A DNA stretch of 64,000 nt from Paraspadella gotoi (taxonomy: Eukaryota; Animalia; Chaetognatha): NCBI GenBank assembly GCA_051294375.1, contig CM119264.1, forward strand, positions 21,465,045 to 21,529,044, given 5' to 3'. Under the pieces are notes generated by a model, which saw nothing but the letters and a program-made list of their open reading frames with translations, searched no databases and was not told where the DNA came from. Positions 38,501-52,000 of this stretch are shown one piece after another. A program made the translations under genes and the position numbers. Numbering within the stretch: the stretch's first letter is position 1; every line of letters begins with the position of its first letter.

Positions 38501-41160
38501 AAAAACACCGAAAAACGTCTTTTCCATTTTAAAAAAGGATAAAAACGTAGAAAACACCAGAAAACAACTTCTTCAATGTAAAAAGAGTTAAAAACTTTAA
38601 AAACAAAGAAAAAACGCTTTTTCGAATGTAAAAAGAGATAAAAACGTAAAAAACACCGGAAAATGATATTTTCCAAAAAAAAAGAAATAAAAATTTCTGC
38701 AAACAACTTTTTCAATATAAAAAAAGATATAAAAGTTAAAAACACCGACAAACAACTTTTTGATTGTATAAAGAGATAAAAACGTTAAAAACACCAGAAA
38801 CCACCTTTTCTTTTCCTTTTCCTCTGTAAAAAAAGCTAAAAACGTTAAAAACATCGAGAAACGACTTCTCCGTTTTCTTTTTCTATGTAAAAAGAGATAA
38901 AAACGTTAAAAACACCGAAAAACGACTTTTCCTTTGTAAAAAGAGATGAAAACGTTAAATACAACGGCAGACGACATTTCCTATGTAAAAAGATATGAAA
39001 ACGTTTAAAACACCCGAAAACGACTTTTCCAATATCAAAAAAGAGATAAAAACGTTAATTACACCAGCAATCGACTTTTCCTATGTAAAAAGAGCTAAAA
39101 ACGTTAAAAACACCCGAAAACGACTTTTCCAATGTCAACAAAAATAAAAACGTTAAAAACACCGAAAAACGTCTTTTCCGTTGTAAAAAAGGATAAAAAC
39201 GTTGAAAACACCAGAAAACAACTTCTTCAATGTAAAAAGAGATAAAAACTTTAAAAACAAAGAAAACCGCTTTTTCCAATGTAAAAAGAAATAAAAACGT
39301 TAAAAACTTCGGCAGACGACATTTCCTATATAAAAAGAGATAAAAACGTTAAAAACACTAGCAAACTTCTTACAATAGAAAAAGAGATAAAAACTTTTAA
39401 AAAACCGGAAAACGATTTTTCCAATGTAAAAAGAGATAAAAAACACCGGCAGACGACATTTCCAATGCAAAAAGAGATAAAAACTTTTAAAACACCAGCA
39501 AACGACTTTTCCTATGTAAAAAGAGCTAAAAACGTTAAAAACACCCGGAAACGACTTTTCCAATGTCAACAAAAATAAAAACGTTAAAAATACCAAAAAC
39601 GTCTTTTCCGTTGTAAAAAAGGATAAAACCGGTTTTTTTGCAATATAAAAAGAGATAAAAAGGTTAAAATCACCGACAAACAACTTTTCCAATGTAAAAA
39701 GAGATAAAAACGTTAAAACACCGGCAACCGACTTTTCTCATGTAAAAAGAGCTAAAAACGTTAAAAACACCCGAAAACGACTTTTCCAATGTCAATAAAA
39801 ATAAAAACGTTAAAGACACCGAAAAACGTCTTTTCCATTGTAAAAAAGGATAAAAACGTTGAAAACACTAGAAAACAACTTCTTCAATGTAAACAGAGAT
39901 TAAAACTTTAAAAACAAAGAAAAAAAGCTTTTTCCAATGTAAAAAGAGATAAAAACATTGAAAACACCGACAAACAACTTTTCTCATGTAAAAAGAGATA
40001 AAAACGTCAAAAACACTAGCAAACTTCTTTTCCAATATAAAATGAGATAAAAACTTTTAAAAAACCGGCAAACGATTTTTCCAGTGTAAAAATAGATGAA
40101 AAACACCGACAAACGACTTTTCCAATGTAAAAAGGGATAAAAACGTTAAAAACACCCAAAAACGACTTTTCCAATGTCAAGAAAGATAAAAACGTTAAAA
40201 ACACCGAGAAACGCCTTTTTCATTGTAAAAAAGGATAAAAACGTTGAAATCACCAGAAAACAACTTCTTCAATGTAAAAAGAGATAAAAACTTTAAAAAC
40301 AAAGAAAAAACGCTTTTTTCAATGTAAAAACAGATAAAACGTAGAAAACACCGGAAAACGATATTTTTCTAGAAAAAAGTAATAAAAAGTTCTGCAAACA
40401 ACTTTTTCAATACAAAAATAGATAAAAAGGTTAAAAACACCGACAAACAACTTTTTGATTTATAAAGAGATAAAAATGTTAAAAACCCCAGAAAACGACT
40501 TTTCTTCTGTAGAATGAGATAAAAACGTTAAAACACCCTTAAACGACTTTTCCAATGTCAACAAAAATAAAAACGTTAAAAACACCAAAAAACGTCTTTT
40601 CCTTTGTAAAAAAGGATAAAAACGTTGAAAACACCAGAAAACAACTTCTTCAATGTAAAAAAAGATGAAAACGTTAAAAACTCCGAGAAACGACTTCTCC
40701 ATTTTCTTTTCTAATGTAAAAAGAGATAAAAACGTTAAAAACACCGAAAAACGACTTTTCCTTTGTAAAAAGAGATGAAAACGTTAAATACACCGGCAGA
40801 CGACATTTCCTAGAGAGATAAAAACGTTTAAAACACCTGCAAACGACTTTTTCAATATAAAAAGAGATAAAAACTTTAGAAACAAAAAAAAGGCATTTTC
40901 CAAAGTAAAAAGTGATAAAAACGTAGAAAACACCGGCAACCGATAAAAAGAAATAAAAACGTTAAAAACACCCGAAAACGACTNNNNNNNNNNNNNNNNN
41001 NNNNNNNNTTACTTTCCCCAATTTAGCTATATGTGATCATTGTAATACTGTTATAACTATATAAGATTATTTGTACTACTGCCTTACATGTGATCATTTG
41101 TACTCACTGTTTAGCTTACTCATATATTTGCCATTTAACAAAATTTGTTTTGGGGGGGAA

Positions 41161-41528
41161 TGTTAGTAATATTTTAATTAGCCTCCAATTTAGTAATTAA
41201 CTTTCGTTCAAATTTTGTCTCTCTAAATTTTCTCAGTTCCAAAGTTTAATATTCATAGATTCCCAGGAACTCAGCGCCTATTTTGTAAACATTTTGTCTA
41301 AGTAGAATAAACAAAGGAAGAGAGACGAGAGGAGGCCGAGATTTTCGTACATTCCATTTTTAGATCTCAAGGGAGTAAGACGCAATATTTTATCAACTGT
41401 TTTATTAACTAATACAACTTTGGCAATCAACAATTATTTCAGGTAACTTCAAAACTAATTAGACAGACTATGCATAGTTCAGCTCTCTATCCGTCATCTA
41501 TTTAGGGTCACAGGTCACGTTACCGACA
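41161..41528 (+). mobile_element. 3-prime LTR (368 bp) preceded by a polypurine tract
   Basis: GGGGGGGAA at 41152-41160, then TGTTAGTAA...TTACCGACA; followed by ttac and satellite; near-identical inverted copy at 56242-56612. Confidence 0.88.
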
Positions 41529-44500
41529 TTACATTGAAGAAGTTGTTTTCTGGTCTTTTCAACGTTTTATCCTTTTTTACAATGGAAAAGACGTTTTTCG
41601 GTGTTTTAACGTTTTTATCTTTTTTGACATTGGAAAAGTCGTTTTCGTTTTTAGCTCTTTTTACATAGGAAAAGTCGGTTGCCGGAGTATTTAACCTTTT
41701 TATCTATTTTTATATTGAAAAAGTTGTTTGTAGAAGTTTTATTTCTTTTTTCTTTGAAAATATCGTTTTCCGGTGTTTTCTACGTTTTACATGGAAAAAG
41801 CGTTTTTCTTTGTTTCTAAAGTTTTTATCTCTTTTTATATTGGAAAGTCGTTTGCAGGTGTTTTAAACGTTTTTATCTCTTTTTACATAGGAAATGTCGT
41901 CTGCCGGTGTATTTAACGTTTCATCTCTTTTTACAAAGGAAAAGACGTTTTTCGGTTTTTTTCTCTTTTTACAAAAGAAAAGTCGTTTTTTGATGTTTTT
42001 AACGTTTTTAGCTTTTTTACATAGAATAGTCGTTTGACGGGATTTTAAACTGTTTTATTTTTTTTTATTGGAAAAGTCGTTTGCCAAAGTTTTTAACGTT
42101 TTAAATTCTTTTTACATTGGAAAAGTGCTTTTTCGGTTTTTTAACGTTTTTATCTCTTTTTGCATTGGAAAAAGTCGTTTTCCAGTGTTTTTAACGTTTT
42201 CATTTTTTTTACTAGGAAAAAGTCGTTTTCCGGTGTTTTTAACGTTTTTATCTCATTCTACAAAAGAAAAGTCGTTTTCTGGTGTTTTTAACGTATTTAT
42301 CTTTTTTGACATTGGAAAAGTGGTTTTCGGGTGTTTTTAACGTTTTTAGCTCTTTTTACATTGGAGAAGTGTTTGTCGGTGTTTTTAACCTTTTTATCTC
42401 TTTATATATTGCAAAAAAAGTTTGCCGAAGTTTTTAACGTTTTTATTTCTTTTTACATTAAAAAATCGTTTGCCGGTGTTTTCTACGTTTTTATCTTTTT
42501 TTATTGGAAAAAGCGTTTTTCTTTGTTTTTAAAGTTTTTATTTCTTTGGAAAAGTCGTTTGCTGGTGTTTTTAACGTTTTTATCTCTTTTTACTTTGAAA
42601 AGTCGTTTGTCGATGTTTTTAACCTTTTCATCTCTTTTTATATTAATGTTGCCAAAGTTTTTAACGTTTTTATTTCTTTTTACATTTGAAAAAGCGTTTT
42701 TCTTTGTTTTTAAAGTTTTTATCTCTTTTTACAATGAAAAAGTTGTTTTCTGGTCTTTTCAACGTTTTTATCCTTTTTTTACAATGGAAAAGACATTTAT
42801 CGGTGTTTTTAACGTTTTTTATTTTTTTTTACATAGGAAAAGTCGGTTGCCGGTGTATTTAACGTTTTTATCTCTTTTTACATTGGAAAAGTTGCTTGCG
42901 GTGTTTTTAACCTTTTTATCTCTTTTTATATTGCAAAAAATGTTTGCCGAAGTTTTTAACGTTTATATTTCTTTTTATATTGAAAAAATCGTTTGCCGGT
43001 GTTTTCTACGTTTTATCTTTTTTTATATTGGAAAAAGCGTTTTTCTTTTTGTTAAAGTTTTTATCTCTTGGGAAAAGTCGTTTGTTGTGTATTTAACGTT
43101 TTTATATCTTTTTACATAGAAAGTTGTTTGTCGGTATTTTTTATCTCTTTTTACCTTGGAAAAATCTTTTGCCGGTTTTTTAAAAGTTTTTATCTCTTTT
43201 TATATTGGAAAAGATGTTTGCTTGTGTTTTTAACGTTTTTATCTCTTTTTACATAGGAAAAGTCGTTTGTCGATGTTTTTAACCTTTTTATCTCTTTTAT
43301 ATTAAAAAGTTGTTTGCCAAAGTTTTAACGTTTTAGTTCTTTTTACAATGGAAAAAAGCGTTTTTCTTTGTTTTTAAAGTTGTTATCTCTTTTTACATTG
43401 AAGAAGGTTTTTTCTTGGTGTTTTCAACGTTTTGATCCTTTTTTACAACGTAAAAGACGTTTTTCGGTGTTTTTAACGTTTTTATTTTTGTTGACATTGG
43501 AAAAGTCGTTTCGGGTGTTTTTAACGTTTTTAGCTCTTTTACATAGGAAAAGTCGTTTGCTGGTGTATTTAACGTTTTTATCTCTTTTTTGACAATGGAA
43601 AAGTCGTTTTCGGGTGTTTTGAACGTTTTTATCTCTTTTTACATTGGAAAAGTCGTTTGTCGGTGTTTTTTATCTTTTTACATTGAAAAATCGTTTGCCG
43701 GTTTTTTAAAAGTTTTTATCTTTTTCTATTGAAAAAGAAGTTTGCTAAGTTTTAACGTTTTTATCTCTTTTACATAGGAAATGTCGTCTGCCGGTGTATT
43801 TAACGTTTTTATCTCTATTTTACATTGGAAAAGTCGTTTGTCGATGTTTTTAACCTTTTTATCTTTTTTATATTGAAAAAGTTGTTTGCCGAAGTTTTTA
43901 ACGTTTTTATTTCTTTTATCGTTTGCCGGTGTTTCTACGTTTTATCACTTTTTACCTTGGAAAAAGCGTTTTTCTTTGTTTCTAAAGTTTTTATCTCTTT
44001 TATATTGGAAAAGTCGTTTGCAGATGTTTTAAACGTTTTTACTCTTTTTACATAGGAAATGTCGTCTGCCGTGTATTAACGTTTCATCTCTTTTTACAAA
44101 GGAAAAGTCGTTTTTTCTGTGTTTTTAACGTTTTATCTCATTCTACAGAAAAAAGTCGTTTTCTGGTGTTTTAACCTTTTTATCTCTTCATACAATCAAA
44201 AAGTTTTTTGTCGGTGTTTTTAACCTTATATCTATTTTTATATTGAAAAAGTTGTTTGCAGAAGTTTTTATTTCTTTTTTCTTGGAAAAATATCGTTTTC
44301 CGGTGTTTTCTACGTTTTATCTTTTTTTTACATTCGAAAAAAGCGTTTTTTCTTTGTTTTTAAAGTTTTTATCTCTTTTACATTGAAGAAGTTGTTTTCT
44401 GGTGTTTTCAATGTTTTATTCTTTTTTTTAAATGGAAAAGACGTTTTTGGTGTTTTGAACGTTTTATTTTTGTTAACATCGGAAAGTCGTTTTCGGGTTT

Positions 44501-46653
44501 TTTAACGTTTTTATCTCTTTTTACATTGGAAAGTCGTTTGTCGGTGTTTTTTATCTCTTTTTACATTGGAAAATCGTTTGTCGGTGTTTTTATCTCTTTT
44601 TACATTGGAAAAGTCGTTTGTCGATGTTTTTTAACTTTATTTTTTTATATTGAAAAAGTGTTTGCCGAAGTTTTAACGTTTTTATTTTTTTATCGTTTGC
44701 CGGTGTTTTCTACGTTTTTATCACTTTTTCATTGGAAAAAGTCTTTTTCTTGTTTCTAAAGTTTTTATCTCCTTTTATATTGGAAAGTCTTTTGCAGGTG
44801 TTTTAAAAGTTTTTATCTCTTTTTACATAGGAAATGTCGTCTGCCGGTGTATTTAACGTTTTCATCACTTTTTACAAAAAAAAAGTCGTTTTTCGGTGTT
44901 TTTAACGTTTTTATCTCTTTTTACATAGAAAAAGAAAGCAAAGAAGTCGTTTCTCGGTGTTTTTAACGTTTTAGCTGTTTTAACATAGGTAAATGAAAGT
45001 AAAAGTCGTTTTCCGGTGTTTTTAACGTTTTTTATCTTTTTATTACAATCAAAATTTTTTTGTCGGTGTTTTTAACCTTTATATCTATTTTTATATTGAA
45101 AAAGTTGTTTGCAGAAGTTTTTATATCTTTTTTCTGTAAAAATCGTTTTCCGGTGTTTTCTACGTTTTTATCTCTTTTTACATTCGAAAAAGCGTATTTT
45201 CTTTGTTTTTAAAGTTTTTATCTCCTTTTACATTGAGAAGTTGTTTTCTGGTGTTTTCAACGTTTTTATTCTTTTTACAATGGAAAAGACGTTTTTCGGT
45301 GTTTTTAACGTTTTTTATTTTTTGTTGACATTGGAAAAGTCGTTTTTCGGGTGTTTTTAACGTTTTTAGCTCTTTTCATTGGAAAGTTGTTTGTCGGTAT
45401 TTTTTATCTCTTTGCTTGGAAAAATCGTTTGCGGTTTTCAAAAGTTTTATCTCTTTTTATATGGAAAAGATGTTTGCTAGTGTTTTTAAGTTTTTATCTC
45501 TTTAAAGAAATCGTTTGCGATGTCTTTAACCTTTTATCTTTTTTATATTAAAAAAGTTTGCCGAAGTTTTTAACGTTTTTATTTCTTTTTACATTTTTTT
45601 TTCTGAAAGAAAACAGGGAGCAAACAAATAATTGCAGGAATGGTTCAAAAATATCTTATGTCACAATAAACGGAGAAATAAGGGAAGATAAAAATGAAAA
45701 AGAAATAATTAAGGACAAAAATAAATCTGCGCTGCATCTAATATGAATAAATGTAACAAAAATAAATTGTTTTGAAAATAAGTCTAAACTGCCGGCCAAA
45801 CAGTTCGGAACTAAAATGTAAAATTAATTATATTTATATATATTGGGAACCAATATATAAACAAACATCAAACAAACATTCCCACGCAAATATGGCAGTC
45901 ATTCATGGTCCCGAAATCGTTCATTCATTAATCAATTTTCGATATCTCTTCACAAATCAAAGAAAATCTTCCTTTTCCTAACCCCAAAATGGTAAGTGTA
46001 ACGGATCAGTCTATCATCCTCTTTAAAGGTGTGCAAATTATAATTAAGTCAGCAATTTCCAATAAGAATTAATTGTTTCATAATTTTAATTTAAATTCAA
46101 AACAGTGACGGCAACCCCAGTTTGCTGAGAGTGCAGAGAGCCGCAATGTCCTTTTAACAGTGTAAAAGGGTAAGAGACTCAGAACCTTAAGGTAAGATTA
46201 TTTCGCCAGTGCGGGTTTTTTAGTTAAAGTAAAATATAAAGTATTATTTTTGTAAAATATTTCGTAAACACTAATGCAGAAAATTGTTTTTGTTCGGTCT
46301 GCGGCGCCATTTTACACTCTGCTCGCCAAACTCGGCCGTAAATATGGGAAATCATGTTTCATGTCACCAATCAAGGCGTTTTCGTTTTGCTCAATGCTTA
46401 TCGGCATCGTCGTCCTTCAATGTCGTCGTTGTGTCGGTAAGAGAAAGGTGCCGAAACATGCAAAAAGATATTAAAAGGGTGCAAAAATTTCAGGATCGTC
46501 CAGTTCAAAGTTTCGTTTGTCCGTTCCCTGTACTCTGCTCAATGATCGCAACAAGAATAAGAAGCGTCCGGTCGCGCCTCAGCGCAAATCGAAAAACCAA
46601 ATTGCGGACATCGAAGATCACTCCGAAGTTTAGGTAAACCCATTCGAATGTTA

Positions 46654-47609
46654 CATGGTGACAATTTTACAAGCGCCGGTAGAAATACGCTGTCATTTGC
46701 AAACCAGTGGTTATTTCATTGATTTTAAAATTGAGTTGAGTAGAAAATACTAAAACTATTTATGTGTTAAAATTTTATATTGATCAGTTAAGATATGCCT
46801 TGACAATGAGTGGAGAAAGTTGGCTTGTAAAATCGGGTTTTATTTTCCAACTCACTGTTTTTAAATTCAATTTTTTTGGGGAAATTTTAGCACTTTTTTA
46901 AACAAAGTATTTATTAAAATAATAACAATATTAATATCCTCAGAAAGCCCTTAAAAATATGAAGAGATTGATATACTTACGAATACTGTAGTATAAAATT
47001 TAACTGGCCCAGCTTTAATTTAATTAAGATATTTAAAAATGAGACATCTTTTTAAAAATCATTAGCTGGAGAATAAATTTATAATTTTTATCAATTGTGA
47101 TTGGCTATCTTAAATATTTTTTTCTCAGGCTCTTCATGATACTTATATAAATAATAATATTTTTGTTATAATAATTTAAACAGTTCATATATTTTGAAAA
47201 AAGATTTAAAATTTTAAATAATTCATTTTTGACACTCTTAATTGAACCAAGGCTGGGCAGCTTACTTTTTATGTTAGAGCTTTCGTAAGTTTATCAATCT
47301 CTTTATATTTCCAAGGGCTTTCTGAGGATATTAATATTGTTAATATTTTAATAAATACTATGTTTAAAAAAGTTCTAAAAGTTCAAAAAAAATTGAATTT
47401 AAAAAAAGTGAGTTGGAAATTGAAACCCGATTTGACAAGCCAACTTTCTCCACTCATTGTCAAGGCATATCTTAACTGATCAATATAAAATTTTAACACA
47501 TAAATAGTTTTAGTATTTTTTACTCAACTCAATTTTAAAATCAATGAAATAACAACTGGTTTGCAAATGACAGCATATTTCTACCGGCGCTTGTAAAATT
47601 GTCACCATG
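46654..47609. mobile_element. Tc1/mariner-type foldback MITE (956 bp)
   Basis: TA-CATGGTGACAATTTTACAAGCGCCGGTAGAAAT...GTCACCATG-TA with near-perfect arms over several hundred bp. Confidence 0.9.
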
Positions 47610-47865
47610 TATTTCAATGTAAACACCGTCTTATTTAGGTTCTATAAATATTCGAATTAATTATTAAATGATCCAAATAATTATTATTCATATTTCTAAT
47701 TTGTCAAACCATTATCAGGTTGGTTGACTTCGATCGGCAACATGACAACATGCATGTTTCATTCTTCAATTAGTTTCATCATATCAAATATTAACGTTAT
47801 TAACGATTTGAATTAAATTTGAATATATGAATTTTAATTTTCGCTTTCAATCGATCAACTTAAAG

Positions 47866-48105
47866 TCAATAATTTCTACGAGACTTTAGCTTCTCCCACA
47901 TTTCCTTACAAATCGGTCGTTCTCGGAATTGCTGATCAGTATCGCAGAACAGCAGTCGGTCGACGAGTTCCGCTAAAACGCGCATGCCTTGAGCATTCAG
48001 GTGAGTTCGGTCCGCATCGTACAAATTATTGTCTAACACTAACCGACCGTATCTTTTCTGGCGTAAGCAATTTTGTTTAACCATTTCAAAATTCGAATCA
48101 GACAG
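47866..48105 (-). pseudogene. C-terminal part of an SGNH/GDSL hydrolase-like domain
   Basis: LYDADRTHLNAQGMRVLAELV matches the block V D-x-x-H-L-N-x-x-G...LA pattern; blocks I-III not seen. Confidence 0.6.
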
Positions 48106-48107
48106 AT

Positions 48108-49050
48108 TTAATTTAATCGTTCCGAGTACGGTTGATGTCTACTGAAGTACGTACTTTGTTGTACTTGTACTCCCAATTTTCTCAAAATAATTTGATTGAC
48201 ATTTTGTTGAGTCACACATTTACCATCGATCGAAACGCAATACCAAATTCCATGAGATTCGAATATCTTAAGAAAAGCTTGTGCGACATCTTCTGCCGAA
48301 GTTGATTTCATTGGTATTAAAAAAAGATTGTCTACTGTAAGCATCTCTAGCTGAGAATATATATTTATACCCTTTCGAGTTTGTTATCGGACCCAGCAAA
48401 TCGCAAGAAAGTATTTGTCTCGGTTTCTCCTCCTTTTTCTTTTTCTTCTTTTTCTTTTTTTTCTTTTTCTCCTTTTTTCCCCTTCTTTTCTTGGTTTCTC
48501 CTTCACCGTCGGTTTTATGTTGTAACTCACACAAACATGACAGTTTATGATTGCGTCAGTAATTCGTCTTTTCATTTCAGGCGTATAGTACATTGTCGAT
48601 ATAATTTTAAAAACAGTATGGTAATTACAATGTCCGTAATCGTGGTGTACTTTCTCGGCCATTTCGATCAGCTGCTTAGTATCTAATAGTATTAATTTAT
48701 CTACCTTTCCGTTTTCCTTTACAAATAATCTAAAAATAATTTGCTGGTTATTTATTTTGAAAAGCGAAATATGTCGTAATATCGTTAAGTCGTGTGACTC
48801 TAATTGTAGAGCGTCGCTCTTTGATGGCCGAGATTCGTCGTCAGTGATCCAAGATTTCCACTTTTTTATCTCGGTCAAGTCGTTTTGAAATTTGAGAATT
48901 CCTTCGCTCCCTATTTGCGAAAGCTTCAGCAATTCTATATTTTCGAAATCGTTTTCTTTTATTTCAAGTTTCGGTTTATTTGCTAATAAATCATCGGTCG
49001 CTGTTACGTTTATCGTACATTTTTCTTTCGTATTATTTAGTTGAGATATA
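48108..49050 (-). pseudogene. Frameshifted Gypsy integrase (HHCC zinc finger plus DDE core)
   Basis: HHDYGHC...NCHVC; ILSCDLLGPITNSKGYKYIFSARDAYSR; VSIDGKC; HQPYSERLN, spread across three reading frames. Confidence 0.85.
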
Positions 49051-52000
49051 CAATTACAGCAGCAGGAGCAATGCTCCGATTACAATTACACAATTACAAT
49101 TAAATTACAATTAAACCTCTCGCAACAGTCCTTTACCTTTGGTTTCCTCTTGCAACAGACTTTTACCTTTGGTTTCCTCTCGCAACAACCTTTACCTTTA
49201 CCTTTACCTTTACCTTTTTGCCTTTTACTACCTTTGCCTTTCCCCTTTTACACTGCCATCCTGCAGGCGGATTCGTTTGCTTCTTGAGTTTCAACCCCTG
49301 AGGTGCAGCGGATTCCACTTTAAGATCCAGGGCTCAAAAAGATTCTAAAGGGAAGATTTCTGATTAATCTGAATTTATTTTAGATATTTTAGATATTTTT
49401 GCCAAGGGCCCTCTTTTCCCCCTTTCAAAAAGTGGCGTCTTTGAATTCTAACTGACTAGGCTTATCCTGCGCATTCAAGACCAGATAAAATCGGGAATAA
49501 ATGGCGCAGAAGAGACGATGGCGCCGGTCATGACGCCCTGGAGATGATGACGACAGTCTCGGCAGAACGACGTCGGCTAAGGCCGAAAGGACGACGATCT
49601 GCAAAGACCAGGACTTGACGAAATGTCTATGTAATAGTCGTAGTTGTAGAGTCAACCGCATTCCAAAAAACGTAAAAAACACTAAAAAACAGGCCAATCC
49701 TGGCGTTTAACTTTAAAACCGTTTGCCCGCTAACTGAAAAAGATACAATCAAATGGCCCTATAAAAAAATTGACACAAGGCAGGGGGGAATGCGACGAAG
49801 GGAGCTAAATATTTCTAACTTTCTAACTGACACAATTAAAATGATTTTTGGCAAACTATCTCCGGGCATTATTACTACAAAATAACTGAAGCAGAACTAA
49901 ATCTTTTCTTTTTTCATTAGGGCGAAGCGCGAAGGGCGGTGGATCTGTCTCCGGAGGTCGACCTCGAACTCGACATATATTACACCCGATTCCTTCGATA
50001 AGTAGCCAACTAAAAAAGGAAACGTGAATATTAGTGGAAGCCCGAATTGTGAGTACAATACGGCACCGCCGGGACCAATTCGAATTCCATAAAGTGGAAC
50101 CGAAAAGGTAAAAGAAAAATACTATGGTTGTCGATCATTGGTAAAACGATATACACGTTTACCTGAAATGCAACTTTCCGTCCCCCGCAGGAACGAAATC
50201 GGATTTCGAAGTTGATATTGAACCGGCTAAGAACAATACCAACCCTTCGAACTTCAGACGAACATGGTGAGGCCAAATGTGCCTTTCATAATCACGAACA
50301 ACCAGAGACGAAGTCGAAGGACACAAATCTCAAAATATTCAAATTTTCCTCACCGCAGGTAGCCGCATAAAGGATCGACACATACGTCAGGCACATCAGG
50401 CATACTCCCCAGTCATCCTTTAACGATCCTTGATGAAGCCCTCCGATGCGAAAGACCGAATCTTCGAAGATCTGCGTACGTTCGACTCCTTACCAAAAAA
50501 TATTAGAGACGCACAACCGTACTACGACACGAAAAACCTTAAACTGAGCGTACGGGAAAAAATAGTAAAATAAGAAGAGAATCAAATTTGTACTAAGCTT
50601 CGCCGTCGAATCTTGTAAATAAATCTTCTTGAAATGAATCATTCCTGAAATATACACTGTAAAACAAAAAAAATTAAATTCCTTATCTACCTAATGTCGT
50701 AGTAGGTTGGCAAAATAAAAAATATTAGACTAAACCTAAAAACGAAATCAATTCCTATCACAATACTAAGACCCGAAACATACGAAAACCAAAAAATCGT
50801 TACTCTATAAAACAAAAGCAATACTAAACGCGCTGAAGGAAGTTACTTTACTGGTTTAACCTTGCTTTAAGCATCCGTCTGCCGTATCAACGAGATTAAA
50901 TACGGCAAGGTAAAACTAGGAGACAACGGATGGGGCGAGCATGCTCCAACCCTGCCAAAAAGCAAGCAAAGCAATAACATGGTAAACCTTCTCGACGCTG
51001 GCTCCTTACCCAGCTCCCTGCTATCTTACATTAAAGGGAGAAAGACACAAAAAAGTGAGATGTCCAAACGATTACGAACCAATTTACCTGCCACAGAAAA
51101 TTGGGACGCAACTGTAAGGACGGGTAAGTACTAAAAGGGTTCTCGGTAAGGTCACTTGCCCGTCTAAAGAGAAAGACGGTAGTCAGACAAGTAAACCTTC
51201 GTTACCGAATGCCGAAAAAAGTTTGGAGTTCCCGACGATTTCTCTCAACCAATTCTTGCTACGTACAAGAGAAACCGTCCGCCTGGCGGCGCGCAGGGAG
51301 ACAGTCTTGAACAGGGTTGACCGTCACTCCAAAAGCCTAAAGTTGTTATATTTTAGCGTCAACTCACAAAACTCAAAAAGCGAAAAAATGTTAGGGGCAA
51401 ACTATGAATAATATAAAATATCAAAGAGAGATAATGTATATTATTCTTTCCTACTCTAATTGTCGTCTCTTCTCCTAGGCTATCAAAAAATCAACAAAGC
51501 TAAGTAAATACAAAAAAAGGGACAGATGGGGTGTTTTTAAGCAGTGGGGTGGTTTGCAACACACCTCCGAAGAGGGTTTCGTTCTTCCGTCTTGTTCGGG
51601 TCGGGAAGAACACGCTTTGGCGAGCGTTGGTTGTTTCCTCCTCTCACTCAACCAAAAACCTTGAACTTGACTCAACTTTACCTTTTTTTCAACTCCTACA
51701 AAAAACCTAAAGACGAACTCAACAAACGTACAAGTGTGACGACGTCAAGTTCATACTTTTTCGAAAAAAAAAATTAGCAAAAAATACAAGAAAAGAACTA
51801 CGTAGTTAATTTGTAATGTTTGGGGGAAACGGGGGAAAATCTCAAATTTCTCTCGAGCGTAAAGTCGCGAAGATCTGAGGAAAAAGGCATGATGTTAAAT
51901 AACACTTTTCCCGGAGATAATTCGAGGCCGTACGATCGATTGAAAATTGAGGTTAACCTACCGAAAACCAAACACACAAAATAACAATATTATTTTATTT

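Larger units (their letters stand above)
22200..45600. repeat. 49-bp satellite DNA array with variant monomers and several orientation switches
   Basis: Consensus aacgtttttatctctttttacattggaaaagtcgtttgtcggtgttttt; period 49 measured from 30088 to 30137. Plus strand is A-rich at 22200-24830 and 37567-40983, T-rich at 24830-37466 and 41529-45600. Contains N gaps and two insertions. Confidence 0.95.

Noticed and set aside
45600-46650. Possible env-like or antisense ORF in the Gypsy 3-prime region
   Set aside because: Only short broken frames with no recognisable motif
50425-50460. Possible extra hammerheads (ttgatgaag...cgaaag here; ctgatga at about 3451 and 54294)
   Set aside because: No convincing stem II, or no GAAA and cleavage triplet
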